DNA of 64,000 nucleotides from an uncultured Gammaproteobacteria bacterium (GTDB taxonomy: Bacteria; Patescibacteriota; Microgenomatia; Levybacterales; UBA12049), in the NCBI GenBank assembly GCA_964512695.1, contig CAZEJU010000006.1, positions 2,591 to 66,590 of the forward strand. Reading direction: 5' to 3'. A program made the translations under genes and the position numbers. Position 1 is the first letter of the stretch; every line of letters starts with the position of its first letter. The notes beneath the pieces were generated by a model, which saw only the letters and a program-made list of their open reading frames with translations, searched no databases and had not been told where the DNA came from. Of this stretch, positions 47,301 through 55,768 are shown one piece after another.

Positions 47301-49113
47301 GAAAAAGAAATGCATGGATTCCTTTACTCTTTCCAAATGACCAGATATCTCGCATGTGGACAAGATAAGACTGAAGGTAACCTTTTATCCACCGTGAACG
47401 CTGACGAATCCAGTTACGAGGGTTACTGTTAGCTTCTTCTAATGTTACTGAATCAATAATGGCTGTTTTATATCCTTCTTTAAATAACCGAATACCTAAA
47501 TCAGCATCTTCTGTAACGTTAAATGTATCCCATCCTTGCAGTTTTCTCAGGTATGATGTTCTAAAATGATTACTTGTTCCACCAAGAGGAATATTCGTAT
47601 TAATTGATTGTAATCCTGGTAATATGAGGTCAAACCATAAAGAGTATTCTGCAGAGAAGAATTTCGTTAACCAGTTCTGATGAGGATTATAATAATTAAG
47701 TTTTGCCTGTAAACAGATGGTTTTTTCAGATTGTTTTAAAAATCCAATATATGCTTTTTTAAGTTGTAATGGATCTGGTATATCTTCTGCGTCATAAATA
47801 ACTATATATTCACCCTTCGCAATGTTTAGACCATAGTTACAAGCCTTTGGCTTAGTCTTTGGTTGCGACAAAGGGACTATTACGGGTCTAACAAAAAATG
47901 GTAGCCTCATTTTCTTTATTTCCGCAATTGTGTCGGTATCGTCCTCTTCAAGCAATAAAATAACATCCAGTTTACGCTTCGGCCATTCTAATTTTTCAAT
48001 TGCATTTAAAAACTGTGGGAGAATTGCTGCTTCTTTATATAAAGGGCAGAGAATTGAATAAATGGGTAATTCATCATCCGGGATGAGATTAACCTCACGA
48101 TCATCAATATTTATCTCAGGATTATTCCGTAAGCTTCGCATGATAACGTATAGATTGAAGAGAACATCAATAAAATAAACTACGCTTATAATGGTGATAG
48201 CAGTTCTAGCAGTAGTTAATGGCCACAAAAAACTACTTGTCACGAAGAAAGCTATAAGAAGGAAAATAATAAAAAGCTGAGATCGTACGAATGTCTGTAA
48301 AGCTGTTTTGTGATAGGGGAGGCTCGTGTGGGTAATATATCTATTTTTCTTATACCCAATGCCAGCACCGATCATAGAATCTTTTCTCATAGCTGGAATA
48401 CTGATGGGTTTCATGCGCGTAAGTTTAACGAGTAACGCATTTGAACCTATTTCCAACACTTGTTTTAAGTAATGAACTTTAGAAGATCCATTTTCCCTCG
48501 GAGCAAATGCTATATCATAATTAACAATTTTATACCCGGCTTCTCTTGCTCTATAGAGAAACTCTAAATCAAATGTCCATGGAGAACGTGGAATTGCTCT
48601 TAAAGCTAAAAATACATCTTTTCTGAAAACTTTTAGACCTGATTGAACATCAGTACGTAATCCGAAAAGTGCTGTTCCAAAAAGCGATCGAAAGCCTCTA
48701 CTTAATACTCTCCGTAACTTGGATGCCTGAAACTTCTTTCTGTTTGCTACGACGATATCACCTTTCTCAAGCATGTGAATCATACCTGGAATTGCCGATG
48801 GGGGATATTGTAAATCACCATCAATCATAACCAGAACATCACCGTGGGCTTTATGAAACCCTTCAAGAAGAGAATATGATTTACCAGGTTTGCCTAGTTT
48901 TTTATAAACAAAAACCTGTGGTGATGTTTTAGATTGTTTATTTAAATATTCAAAAGTGCCGTCTGTAGACATATCATCCATATAAACAAGTTCAAACGGC
49001 ACACGCATTGCTTTTAACTCTGCCAGCAGAAGCTTGTTCAGGGTTTTTACATTGCCAATTTCGTTGAAAACAGGAATAATGACGCTTATTTTTTTGAAAT
49101 TATTTTTTTTCAT
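44356..49113 (-). CDS. 1585-aa multidomain polysaccharide synthase: GT2 + processive GT2 (QxxRW) + polytopic membrane (flippase/MOP-like?) + GT4
   Basis: aa 1-230 is GT2 (SVIIPVFNE...DDMSTDGT...VMIDGDLQYPP). aa 340-600 is a second GT2 (YDAEDIPDPLQL, QRSRWIKGY). aa 600-1150 has more than 12 TM helices (AGKYALLSL region). The C-terminus is GT4 (FLNWRDTRHKWSGGAEVY...VEGWGITVIEANSSGTPVIAS). Confidence 0.65.
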   Translation of the reverse strand: MKKNNFKKISVIIPVFNEIGNVKTLNKLLLAELKAMRVPFELVYMDDMSTDGTFEYLNKQSKTSPQVFVYKKLGKPGKSYSLLEGFHKAHGDVLVMIDGDLQYPPSAIPGMIHMLEKGDIVVANRKKFQASKLRRVLSRGFRSLFGTALFGLRTDVQSGLKVFRKDVFLALRAIPRSPWTFDLEFLYRAREAGYKIVNYDIAFAPRENGSSKVHYLKQVLEIGSNALLVKLTRMKPISIPAMRKDSMIGAGIGYKKNRYITHTSLPYHKTALQTFVRSQLFIIFLLIAFFVTSSFLWPLTTARTAITIISVVYFIDVLFNLYVIMRSLRNNPEINIDDREVNLIPDDELPIYSILCPLYKEAAILPQFLNAIEKLEWPKRKLDVILLLEEDDTDTIAEIKKMRLPFFVRPVIVPLSQPKTKPKACNYGLNIAKGEYIVIYDAEDIPDPLQLKKAYIGFLKQSEKTICLQAKLNYYNPHQNWLTKFFSAEYSLWFDLILPGLQSINTNIPLGGTSNHFRTSYLRKLQGWDTFNVTEDADLGIRLFKEGYKTAIIDSVTLEEANSNPRNWIRQRSRWIKGYLQSYLVHMRDIWSFGKSKGIHAFLFQLTIGSKLTFIFLNPFLWLATISYFALYSIVGPTLELVYIAPAFYLGAISLVFGNFLFLYYYMIGCAKRKQWDLIYSALFIPIYWLMVSIAGWVALYQLIFKPHYWEKTIHGLHLQKKKKAIIPAIQIEVETPIVKPVRKSFSLQFNILSNVIKMLTPYKRNIITSSILMMAVTGAHIMNLVYNIIIYRIPTISLETISIISLVASLAYLASVPFSSLQAAISHKTALSESRYNKQTAAAFWGFMRNQVVLVSLVSATVWLIISPTLQSLFKTQSILPFVFFSLVWLVGFRFSVDRGYLSGKLLFINLAGAILIEPFYKVILSVILIYSGYENYVYIAIPLAFVLAYVSSAFFIPRFIKLIKSTVSTEALAFPSKFFSASILASIANVTFMSVDILLANHFLAPEEAGKYALLSLCGKMIFFLGGLTTQFVIPFVSKLEGKNKNTELLFYYSVISTGVVSGIGFIAFGILGSISLPLLFGEKASYILPYVFAFSFGMFCFTISKTIVSYYLAKNIYTFPATVVLLSFVQITLITFRHATLLDFVYTMAALGQFHLLVMLFLHRNNKTVIAFEKALGALISKENQIVTEDNTDKKQAILFLNWRDTRHKWSGGAEVYIHEIAKRWVTQGKDVTVFCGNDKKSPRNEIIDGVRIIRRGGAYTVYIWAVIYYVFFLRKKTDVVIDCENGIPFFSPFYVRKPIFLIIHHVHQEVFRKYLIYPVAKLVAIMESKLMPYAYRNKPVITVSESSKKSIIDLGFSHPENIEIVYNGIDATVFKPRKKTRYPSFIYLGRLKPHKNIDIAIKAFAKVLRTHKTAVLRIVGEGESLHSLQQLAQQLKIERNVIFYGKVSNDLKAQLLAESWVMIQPSQVEGWGITVIEANSSGTPVIASRVNGLKDSVVDKETGLLIECGNVEAFCTAMLVTIEDKKLLQKLSTKSTVWSKRFTWEKSAEALDSIIQGVLPKQADFPRYGDIFLAQEETINI

Positions 49114-49116
49114 AAT

Positions 49117-49332
49117 TTATGAATTTGAATATAAATTCGAATGGTTTTTTCTAACTTTATGTTCGCGGATAAACTTTTCTAAGGAAGATTTCTGAATACG
49201 GTAATGACCACCAAATTCGATGGCTTCGAGTTTATGTTCTTTAATATACTTATATACTGTAAGAACACTTAATTTGAGGAATTGTGAGACTTCCTGCACC
49301 GTATACAATATTTCGCTTTCTATATTGTTCAT
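49117..49332 (-). CDS. Excisionase/Xis-family HTH DNA-binding protein (MerR-like HTH_17)
   Basis: YTVQEVSQFLKLSVLTVYKYIKEHKLEAIEFGGHYRI matches the excisionase-family HTH signature. Its stop is 3 nt before the start of the giant GT gene. Confidence 0.6.
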   Translation of the reverse strand: MNNIESEILYTVQEVSQFLKLSVLTVYKYIKEHKLEAIEFGGHYRIQKSSLEKFIREHKVRKNHSNLYSNS

Positions 49333-49858
49333 AAAAGTACCGGGCAGGTATTCTATTCATGCTACTTTACACAAAAAACACATCCTATAGAAGATGAGTT
49401 TAAGATTTCTTTATATAGCATATATAGGCTTATACTGTCAAGCTTTAACTATAATTTGGTTATAGTAAGTTATACTAACTTAACTATTCTATTAGTTATT
49501 TATACTCTTTTCTGTACGTAAACTTACAAATTGATACAGTGTTACTTATTGACAAGATAAGATTATTTTCTCACTATATATGTATACGAATTTTTTAATT
49601 TAAATACTTCGAATTAATGCTAAGTTAATTTTTATAAATGTGAACATATGAGGAATGTTCTCATTCGAATAGATTCGTACAAGAGGGGGTGATGATATGG
49701 CAGTAAATAAAAAAACACAAAAAGCTCAACCTAAGAAGATACACCATAAAGTTGCAAATCATTTGGAGAAACCCGTTAGTACATTATTCGGATATACGAT
49801 CATACTTATGTTCTTAGTTGCAACGCTTGTAATTCTCGCAACCTATTTTTAGTTGAAT

Positions 49859-50421
49859 TTATTCTTGTTTGGCAAAAATAAGCAATCGTTTTAAAGATGT
49901 ACCTATTGGTGTACATGTTTGTACGATTAATTGATCTTTATCTAAATTTTCCAAAAATTCGGTTTCGTTAGGCCAAACTTCTTTTTTATCAAAAACAAGA
50001 AAACGATAGTCTTTTTTCTTATATCTTAGAAAAATTATGTCGTTTTTTTGTAATTCTCCTAATCGAAAGAAGATTGTGTTATACCTAGATATCTCCCAAG
50101 GCGAACCAGATGAATGAGCAAACAAATATATCGTACCTCTAGTTCCGGGTAAAGCACTCCCTTTTGCATGTGCAACTCCTTTTTTTAAAGCTTCATTATA
50201 TATTTTCTCATTCCATGGATCGACTTTTTCCACTATAGGAGCATATGCATGAATTTTTGGAATGGCAATCGTAGTACCTTCAGATATGGCTGGTTTGACA
50301 GGCTGGGTTAAGGGGGGAAATATGTATATTTTTATAATTGGATAAAATGTGTAAAGAAGTCCAACTATCGATACTATAATTAAAAAATTGCTGAAATAAT
50401 AAAGAATTTTCGGATTTTTCA
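49859..50421 (-). CDS. Sortase family transpeptidase
   Basis: The track ORF extends to a TTG at 50464; the first ATG (MKNPKILYYF) is at 50421. N-terminal TM, a His region (LFAHSSGSPW) and catalytic LIVQTCTP (TLxTC). Confidence 0.65.
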
Positions 50422-50462
50422 TGAACTTGGGAATGATTCTACAGAAAAGCAGGAAAATTAGC

Positions 50463-50492
50463 AAAAAAAACCCCGCTTGTGGCGGGGTTTTT
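50463..50492. terminator. Bidirectional intrinsic terminator between the LPATG gene and the sortase gene
   Basis: A8-CCCCGC ttgt GGCGGGG-T5. Confidence 0.6.
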
Positions 50493-50505
50493 GCTACAAC
50501 AGAAC

Positions 50506-51654
50506 TTATACTGTTGCTGGTGATCTTCCAGATCGCAGTCTTAATGTCACACCCAGAAAAAACATTGCAATATTTCCGATGAGAAATAGTAAGAGGTTAT
50601 AGTTTCCAGTTGCGGGTAAAATCTTCTGGATTGATGTTCCAAGCACATCTCCACCTTTACCATTACTCGAAGATTTCGATTCTGAAGGTTTGGAGTCAGA
50701 AGTTGACGGAGGCGTAGTGGGTTGCACACCACCGGTAGGAGGTTTTTGCTCTTCTGGCTTTTCCTCACAGCACGTTACTTTTGCGATATTTACATTTATT
50801 GGTCCATTTACAACTTTTGCAAAATAGAAAATATCGCCAGTTTCTATTGTTACATTCGATTTTGTGTTGTTATTTGCTATGTTATTTCCAGTATCTAAAA
50901 TCCAAAGAATATCATTTATAATATTTGCAGTATTATTAACTGTTATATCATTATTTACATTATGAGTAATTGAAGCATTATTTTGCGAAGCAGAACCATT
51001 TCCTTTAATCGAAATAGCATAATTTTTATTAGTATTTAATGTAGACTCTTGATAGTTTATATTTAATGGACCGTTTGTAATTTTCTCTACGACAGTAATG
51101 TTTCCTGTTTTTATATAAACATTTCCGCTGGAATTACTGCTTCCTGTATTTCCGCCAGTGTTAGCTATTCCACGAATTGTATTCGTTATAGAAAGTGTGT
51201 TTGTACCAGTACTTACTGAGGATTGTGTTCCATTAAGAGTAATACTATTATCTGAGTCCGTGCCATTATTAGTGATTGTTGTAGAAGTTTGTCCCACCTC
51301 GCAGCATCCTGCAGTAACTATGTTAGCGTTTCCTGTATTTGTAACGTCGGTGGTGATATCTACGTCACCAGTGTCTACTCGCGAGTCGCCACCTGTCGTA
51401 TCTGAAACCGAGTTACCTCCAGTTGTACCAGAGATAGTAAAATTGTTTGAAGTATCCTGAGTATTCGATTGTGAACTTTCATTTACTTGCGTGGACGATG
51501 ATTGAATATCATTAGTAGAATTACTACCATTCCCTGCTATAACTACTTCATTTGCCAGAGCTAATCTGGAACTTGAAATAAGTATGAACATTACTATAAA
51601 GCCTCGATATATCATCTGATAGAATTTTTTATGAAAAAACATTTTTGTAAACAT
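50506..51654 (-). CDS. LPATG-anchored tandem-repeat surface protein (repeat family paralogue)
   Basis: Signal peptide. Repeat modules (AGCCEVGQTSTTITNNGTDSDNSITLNGTQSSVSTGTNTLSITNTIRGIANTGGNTGSSNSSGNVYIKTGNITV and similar). Ser/Pro/Thr-rich stalk. C-terminal LPATG + TM + RLRSGRS. Confidence 0.6.
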   Translation of the reverse strand: MFTKMFFHKKFYQMIYRGFIVMFILISSSRLALANEVVIAGNGSNSTNDIQSSSTQVNESSQSNTQDTSNNFTISGTTGGNSVSDTTGGDSRVDTGDVDITTDVTNTGNANIVTAGCCEVGQTSTTITNNGTDSDNSITLNGTQSSVSTGTNTLSITNTIRGIANTGGNTGSSNSSGNVYIKTGNITVVEKITNGPLNINYQESTLNTNKNYAISIKGNGSASQNNASITHNVNNDITVNNTANIINDILWILDTGNNIANNNTKSNVTIETGDIFYFAKVVNGPINVNIAKVTCCEEKPEEQKPPTGGVQPTTPPSTSDSKPSESKSSSNGKGGDVLGTSIQKILPATGNYNLLLFLIGNIAMFFLGVTLRLRSGRSPATV

Positions 51655-51706
51655 ATAAAATAACTGGCAGAAAGTCAGTAATGCTACTTACAAGAGGCAG
51701 GGATAT

Positions 51707-54046
51707 TTATTTTCGAAATTTTGGTAATAATATTCTCTTAGTGGCGAAGAAACCTATAAATGGTAGTAGTAAGAGCAGCCATGCCAGATTTATTCGTACT
51801 TTTGTTTTTGTATCTGTTTCTCCAAGTACTGCACTAGCGACAACTGCCTTTTTCTTTACTGTAGGATTTGTTTTAGCTTTGGCTGCTAATACTGCATTAC
51901 TGCTACCACTAGCTTGAGTATTATGCGTTGTTTGTTTATTAGCAACTGCATACGCTTGAATTGGGGTGGGTTGCTGTGTAGGTGTTACTTGAGTTTTTGC
52001 TGTATTTTTTGTTGTTTTCTGACTATTGTTGCTATTTGACTCATTACTATTTGATGGACCACCTATAGCTTGTTGAGTTTGCTTTTTCTCTTCTTGTTTT
52101 TGGCCAGGTGATACGAAATCACCCATCCAGTTACCAAACACATTTACTACTGTCACAAATAGCTTTCCACTACCAACTATATTATTATTCACGAAGTTTA
52201 CTAAATTAGCTACGATTTTCGCATCGCCTGTTTTGATTTGTGAATTTCCACCTGTATTATCATTTGTCTGGTTACCACCTGTATTTGCGCTTAGTTGAAG
52301 TGTATTGTTTACATTAGCATCATTATTCTGGATCGTTGTGTTTGTATTGGATTGATCGACAGAGGATGTATTATTCGAACCAGAGCCGTTGCCGTTATTT
52401 GATGCTGTTATATATCCGTTTTGATCTACATTAAATTCAGTTCCTTGTGATCCTGCGAAGTTTGCTCCTTCAGGCGCACCTAGAATCTTACCAATCCAAT
52501 TACCTGCTTCATTAACAATTACTAACCACATATTACCACCCACCAGATTCGTATTAGCGACATTAAGAACATTAGCATCCACGTATGTATCTCCTGTTGT
52601 TACTGACGAGTCACCGCCTGTGTTTCTACTTGCATCATTATTTCCTGTTTGTGCGTCAAAAACGAGTGTATTGGTTAGATCAGCATCATTATTTTGGAAC
52701 GTATTTGATGAATTTTCTACATTCACATCACTTGTATTAGTTGACCCTGAACCGTTATTTTTATTTGCTACATTTGTTTGTGAACCGCAGCAAGAGTTCA
52801 TAGCAGATTCTGGGAAAAGAATATCTCCTATGAGATCACCAAATATATTAACAACTGCATAAACTACATCTCCAGCTATATTATTGTTCGCGAACGTTAA
52901 AGCATTTGCAGAGACATTTGCATCTCCTGTAGTGATGTTTGAATCTCCACCCGTGTTCCTACTTGCTTCATTGTTACCTGAGTCAGCACTAAGAATAAGT
53001 TCACTTCCGATAGTAGCATCATTATTTTGGAATGTAACATTATTATTTTTAGTTTGTAAGTCTGCGTCATTTACAGAATTACTACCATTACCTGTATTTG
53101 CAACACTTGTATCTCCAGTACCGCAACCTGAAACACAGTTAGCCGCGAAATCCAGTAAAATATCTCCTACGTGATCATCGGCGATATTAAATTCGGAAAC
53201 CATAACTCCATCCACGTTTGTGTTTACAGCTGTAATAACTGTTCCAGTTACATTTGCATCACCTGTTTTTATAGAAGAATCACCTACATTATCAGATGTT
53301 GTATTTGCACCAGATACAGCATCTTGTACAAGTTTCGTATTTACATTTGCTGTATTCACTTGATTGGTTGTTGAGTTGTTTCCAATCGTTGCGGAACCAT
53401 TGTTGTTTGATTGCGTTCCATTACCACTATTTATAATACTTGCTCCTTGGCCTGATCCTGTAGGAGAAGCTGATGCATTTTGATTTCCTATTGTTGCGAC
53501 AGTAGCTGTGCTTGTAGCATCTCCAGTTTTAACTTCAGATGTTCCAGTCTGCCCATTCTGTGCAGTACCAGCTGTAGCATTCGCAGTTGCGGGAGCAGTA
53601 GGCATAGGAATAACTGGTGTCGGAACTGCTGCAGCTTCAGCAAACGACTTTGCTTGCTTTAGCGCTTCACGATATTTTCGCGCAGCATTATCTACTTCAT
53701 CTGCATCTCCATCATAGTCATCATCACCATCGATATCTAAGTTATCATCATTATTTGTTTGGGCCGGAGTAGGGGAAACTGATTGCTGTGTCTCCTGGGT
53801 TGTTGACTGCGTGGAAGACTGGCTAACGCTCTGTTCACTTTGTGTTTGGTTACTTTGTTCATTTGAAACTGATTGCTCAGGTGTAGGAGACACAGCTTCT
53901 TCTGCAAAAGCATACGATCGTGATTGAACGAAAATTTGTATAACTATTAATAGTACTGCAATGTATTTTTTAATATTCATAGTAATCTTAACTTTCTCAA
54001 TAATTTTCTCTTGATATCGTGGGGTGTACGGAAGTGCTCGTATCAC
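51707..54046 (-). CDS. 779-aa secreted tandem-repeat surface protein (repeat family), C-terminal TM anchor
   Basis: Signal MNIKKYIAVLLIVIQIFVQSRSYAFA; an acidic DxD stretch (DDDNLDIDGDDDYDGDADEVD). At least 5 modules, each opening with a Cys pair (NCVSGCGTGDTSVANTGNGSNSVNDA, SCCGSQTNVANKNNGSGSTNTSDV, GCGTGDTS...) and ending TGDANV/TGDTYV. C-terminal hydrophobic helix + KRILLPKFRK. Confidence 0.55.
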   Translation of the reverse strand: MIRALPYTPRYQEKIIEKVKITMNIKKYIAVLLIVIQIFVQSRSYAFAEEAVSPTPEQSVSNEQSNQTQSEQSVSQSSTQSTTQETQQSVSPTPAQTNNDDNLDIDGDDDYDGDADEVDNAARKYREALKQAKSFAEAAAVPTPVIPMPTAPATANATAGTAQNGQTGTSEVKTGDATSTATVATIGNQNASASPTGSGQGASIINSGNGTQSNNNGSATIGNNSTTNQVNTANVNTKLVQDAVSGANTTSDNVGDSSIKTGDANVTGTVITAVNTNVDGVMVSEFNIADDHVGDILLDFAANCVSGCGTGDTSVANTGNGSNSVNDADLQTKNNNVTFQNNDATIGSELILSADSGNNEASRNTGGDSNITTGDANVSANALTFANNNIAGDVVYAVVNIFGDLIGDILFPESAMNSCCGSQTNVANKNNGSGSTNTSDVNVENSSNTFQNNDADLTNTLVFDAQTGNNDASRNTGGDSSVTTGDTYVDANVLNVANTNLVGGNMWLVIVNEAGNWIGKILGAPEGANFAGSQGTEFNVDQNGYITASNNGNGSGSNNTSSVDQSNTNTTIQNNDANVNNTLQLSANTGGNQTNDNTGGNSQIKTGDAKIVANLVNFVNNNIVGSGKLFVTVVNVFGNWMGDFVSPGQKQEEKKQTQQAIGGPSNSNESNSNNSQKTTKNTAKTQVTPTQQPTPIQAYAVANKQTTHNTQASGSSNAVLAAKAKTNPTVKKKAVVASAVLGETDTKTKVRINLAWLLLLLPFIGFFATKRILLPKFRK

Positions 54047-54062
54047 CCCACGACTTTCAAGA

Positions 54063-55298
54063 TTAGTTTGCTTGATGGCCAGTTAGCCATTCAAGAAGAT
54101 CTCCTAGATCGAATGTGAAATCCAAATCTAAGTCGAGATCATCACCATCCATGTCTTCGGCTGCGCCGTAGACATTCATGTTACCAGAATTAGTAGCTTT
54201 AACTCCTGCTTTCGCATTACCTGTCTCGACAGAAGGATCACTTCCATCCCAAGAGGTATTGTCGTCTGCATCGTTATCTCCGGTATCAAGATCGCCATCG
54301 ACATCGTTATCGAAGTCTGAGTCGTTATCTTGATCTACATCGAGATCTTCGTCGGTATCGACTGTGATTTCGCTGTCTGATTCTGTTCCATTACCTGAGA
54401 TTTTAGCTTCTAAATCTTCGAGGCAACCGCATGAATCAACATCTGCCCAGTTAAAGTTAGCCATGTTGTCAAGGATAACTGTTAAGTAAGCATAACCTGT
54501 GTCGACAGAAACTTCGCCACCTGTGTTGTCATCTGCATCGTTGTCTCCTGTTTCAGCATCGACATCGACATCATTGTCGAAGTCTGCATCATTATCTTGA
54601 TCTAAGTCAATATCATTATCGAAGTCGAGATCGACATCGTTGTCTGAATTTGATCCGTTACCAAGAATCATTGCGCTGACTGTACCACCTTCACCATTAC
54701 CTCCTCCAATCTTTGCAGAGTTGTAGTTAGCTTGGTTTGTGATACCTACTTTTACTGTACTGTCGCCTGTTTTAACTGAGACATCGCCACCGGTGTTATC
54801 ATCGGCGTCATTATCTCCAGTTTCAGCATCAACATCAACATCGTTATCGACATCTGCGTCGTTGTCTTGATCGACATCAACGTCATTATCGAAATCGAGC
54901 GTTGCATTGTTATCTGAGCCTGTTCCGTTTCCTGAAATTAAGACTTCAGAATCGTTTTGGCAACAAGATTCGACATCTGCCCAGTTGGAATTGAGTTTGT
55001 TCTCAATATCAACTAAAACAGTAGAGTCACCAGTTTTGACTTTTACGTCTCCACCAGTGTTGTCACTCGCACTGTTGTTACCTGTGTCAGCAGTGATGTT
55101 GATATCATTATCGACATCCGCATCATTATTCTGTGTTACATTAACATTGTGTGAGTAACTGACATCTGCATCGTTATCACTATTAGATCCGTTTCCAGAA
55201 ATTGTGATTGTTGCTGCTGATGCCATAGGTGCTAATGCGTTAAGTAAGACTGCTCCGGTCGCAATAGCTGTTGTTAATCTTTTTGAAAAATTTGTCAT
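54063..55298 (-). CDS. Secreted poly-acidic tandem-repeat protein (repeat family; Asp-rich DxD arrays, candidate Ca-binding)
   Basis: RBS AAGGGGGTGA. Signal peptide with an ASA site. Modules ISGNGSNSDNDADV...DNDADVDNDVDVDAETGDNDADDNTGGDVSVKTGDSTVKV are bracketed by CC/CGC motifs (VESCCQNDSEV, DSCGCLEDLEAKISGNGTESDSE). Confidence 0.55.
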   Translation of the reverse strand: MTNFSKRLTTAIATGAVLLNALAPMASAATITISGNGSNSDNDADVSYSHNVNVTQNNDADVDNDINITADTGNNSASDNTGGDVKVKTGDSTVLVDIENKLNSNWADVESCCQNDSEVLISGNGTGSDNNATLDFDNDVDVDQDNDADVDNDVDVDAETGDNDADDNTGGDVSVKTGDSTVKVGITNQANYNSAKIGGGNGEGGTVSAMILGNGSNSDNDVDLDFDNDIDLDQDNDADFDNDVDVDAETGDNDADDNTGGEVSVDTGYAYLTVILDNMANFNWADVDSCGCLEDLEAKISGNGTESDSEITVDTDEDLDVDQDNDSDFDNDVDGDLDTGDNDADDNTSWDGSDPSVETGNAKAGVKATNSGNMNVYGAAEDMDGDDLDLDLDFTFDLGDLLEWLTGHQAN

Positions 55299-55710
55299 TA
55301 ATTATTTCACCCCCTTTCTTGACTATGATCTCCCCCGACGTACATCGGGAGGCACTTCATTCTTCCGTTCTGTTTGGTAGGAAAGATTCCTGCCAAAATA
55401 AAACGGAAACCACTCACTTCAACCTACGTTAAAATGAATAGTTTCCGTTCTTTTGTTGGACAGTTTCGTTGACATAGTGATTGTGTTTAACGTCATACAC
55501 TATAATTTCTTTCTTTGTCTTTCTGTGTTAGAAAAATTACAAATAAAATAGGCTTACATTCCTCTTACATAAAACATCCACAAAAAAAGGCATTCTTACA
55601 TGGACCACGCTGTTGCGTGATTCGTATAAGAATGCCTCCGTGTGCGGTCAGCCCTTATTTAAAAATCTAGTAACTTTTTAAAATATAAATCAGCTAAACT
55701 TTTTTGTCAA
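55299..55710 (-). promoter_or_regulatory. Promoter plus about 370-nt structured leader (candidate attenuator/riboswitch or sRNA) upstream of the repeat-protein operon
   Basis: Minus-strand sigma70-like promoter: -35 TTGACA (revcomp 55705-55710), 17-nt spacer, -10 TATATT (revcomp 55682-55687). About 35 nt downstream is a 10-bp stem GGCATTCTTA/TAAGAATGCC (55589-55636) with an inner CACGC/GCGTG tetraloop hairpin, followed on the minus strand by T7. A second stem AACGGAAAC/GTTTCCGTT (55402-55449) is followed on the minus strand by TTATTTTGG. Confidence 0.4.
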
Positions 55711-55768
55711 GTATCAAATTACTACTTATCAATACTTACTACATACTAAATACATCAAATAGTATTAT

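Noticed and set aside
50547-55158. ORFs antisense to the repeat-protein genes (50547..50768, 51158..51460, 51681..51917, 52620..52862, 52884..53174, 53171..53374, 53480..53662, 53508..53717, 54907..55158)
   Set aside because: Repetitive Asn/Gly/Thr-coding DNA yields open antisense frames. The sense ORFs have signal peptides, an RBS and sortase signals.
55469-55506. Plus-strand TTGACA ... TATAAT pair as a promoter
   Set aside because: The spacer is 26 nt, far from the 16-18-nt optimum, and no plus-strand gene lies downstream.
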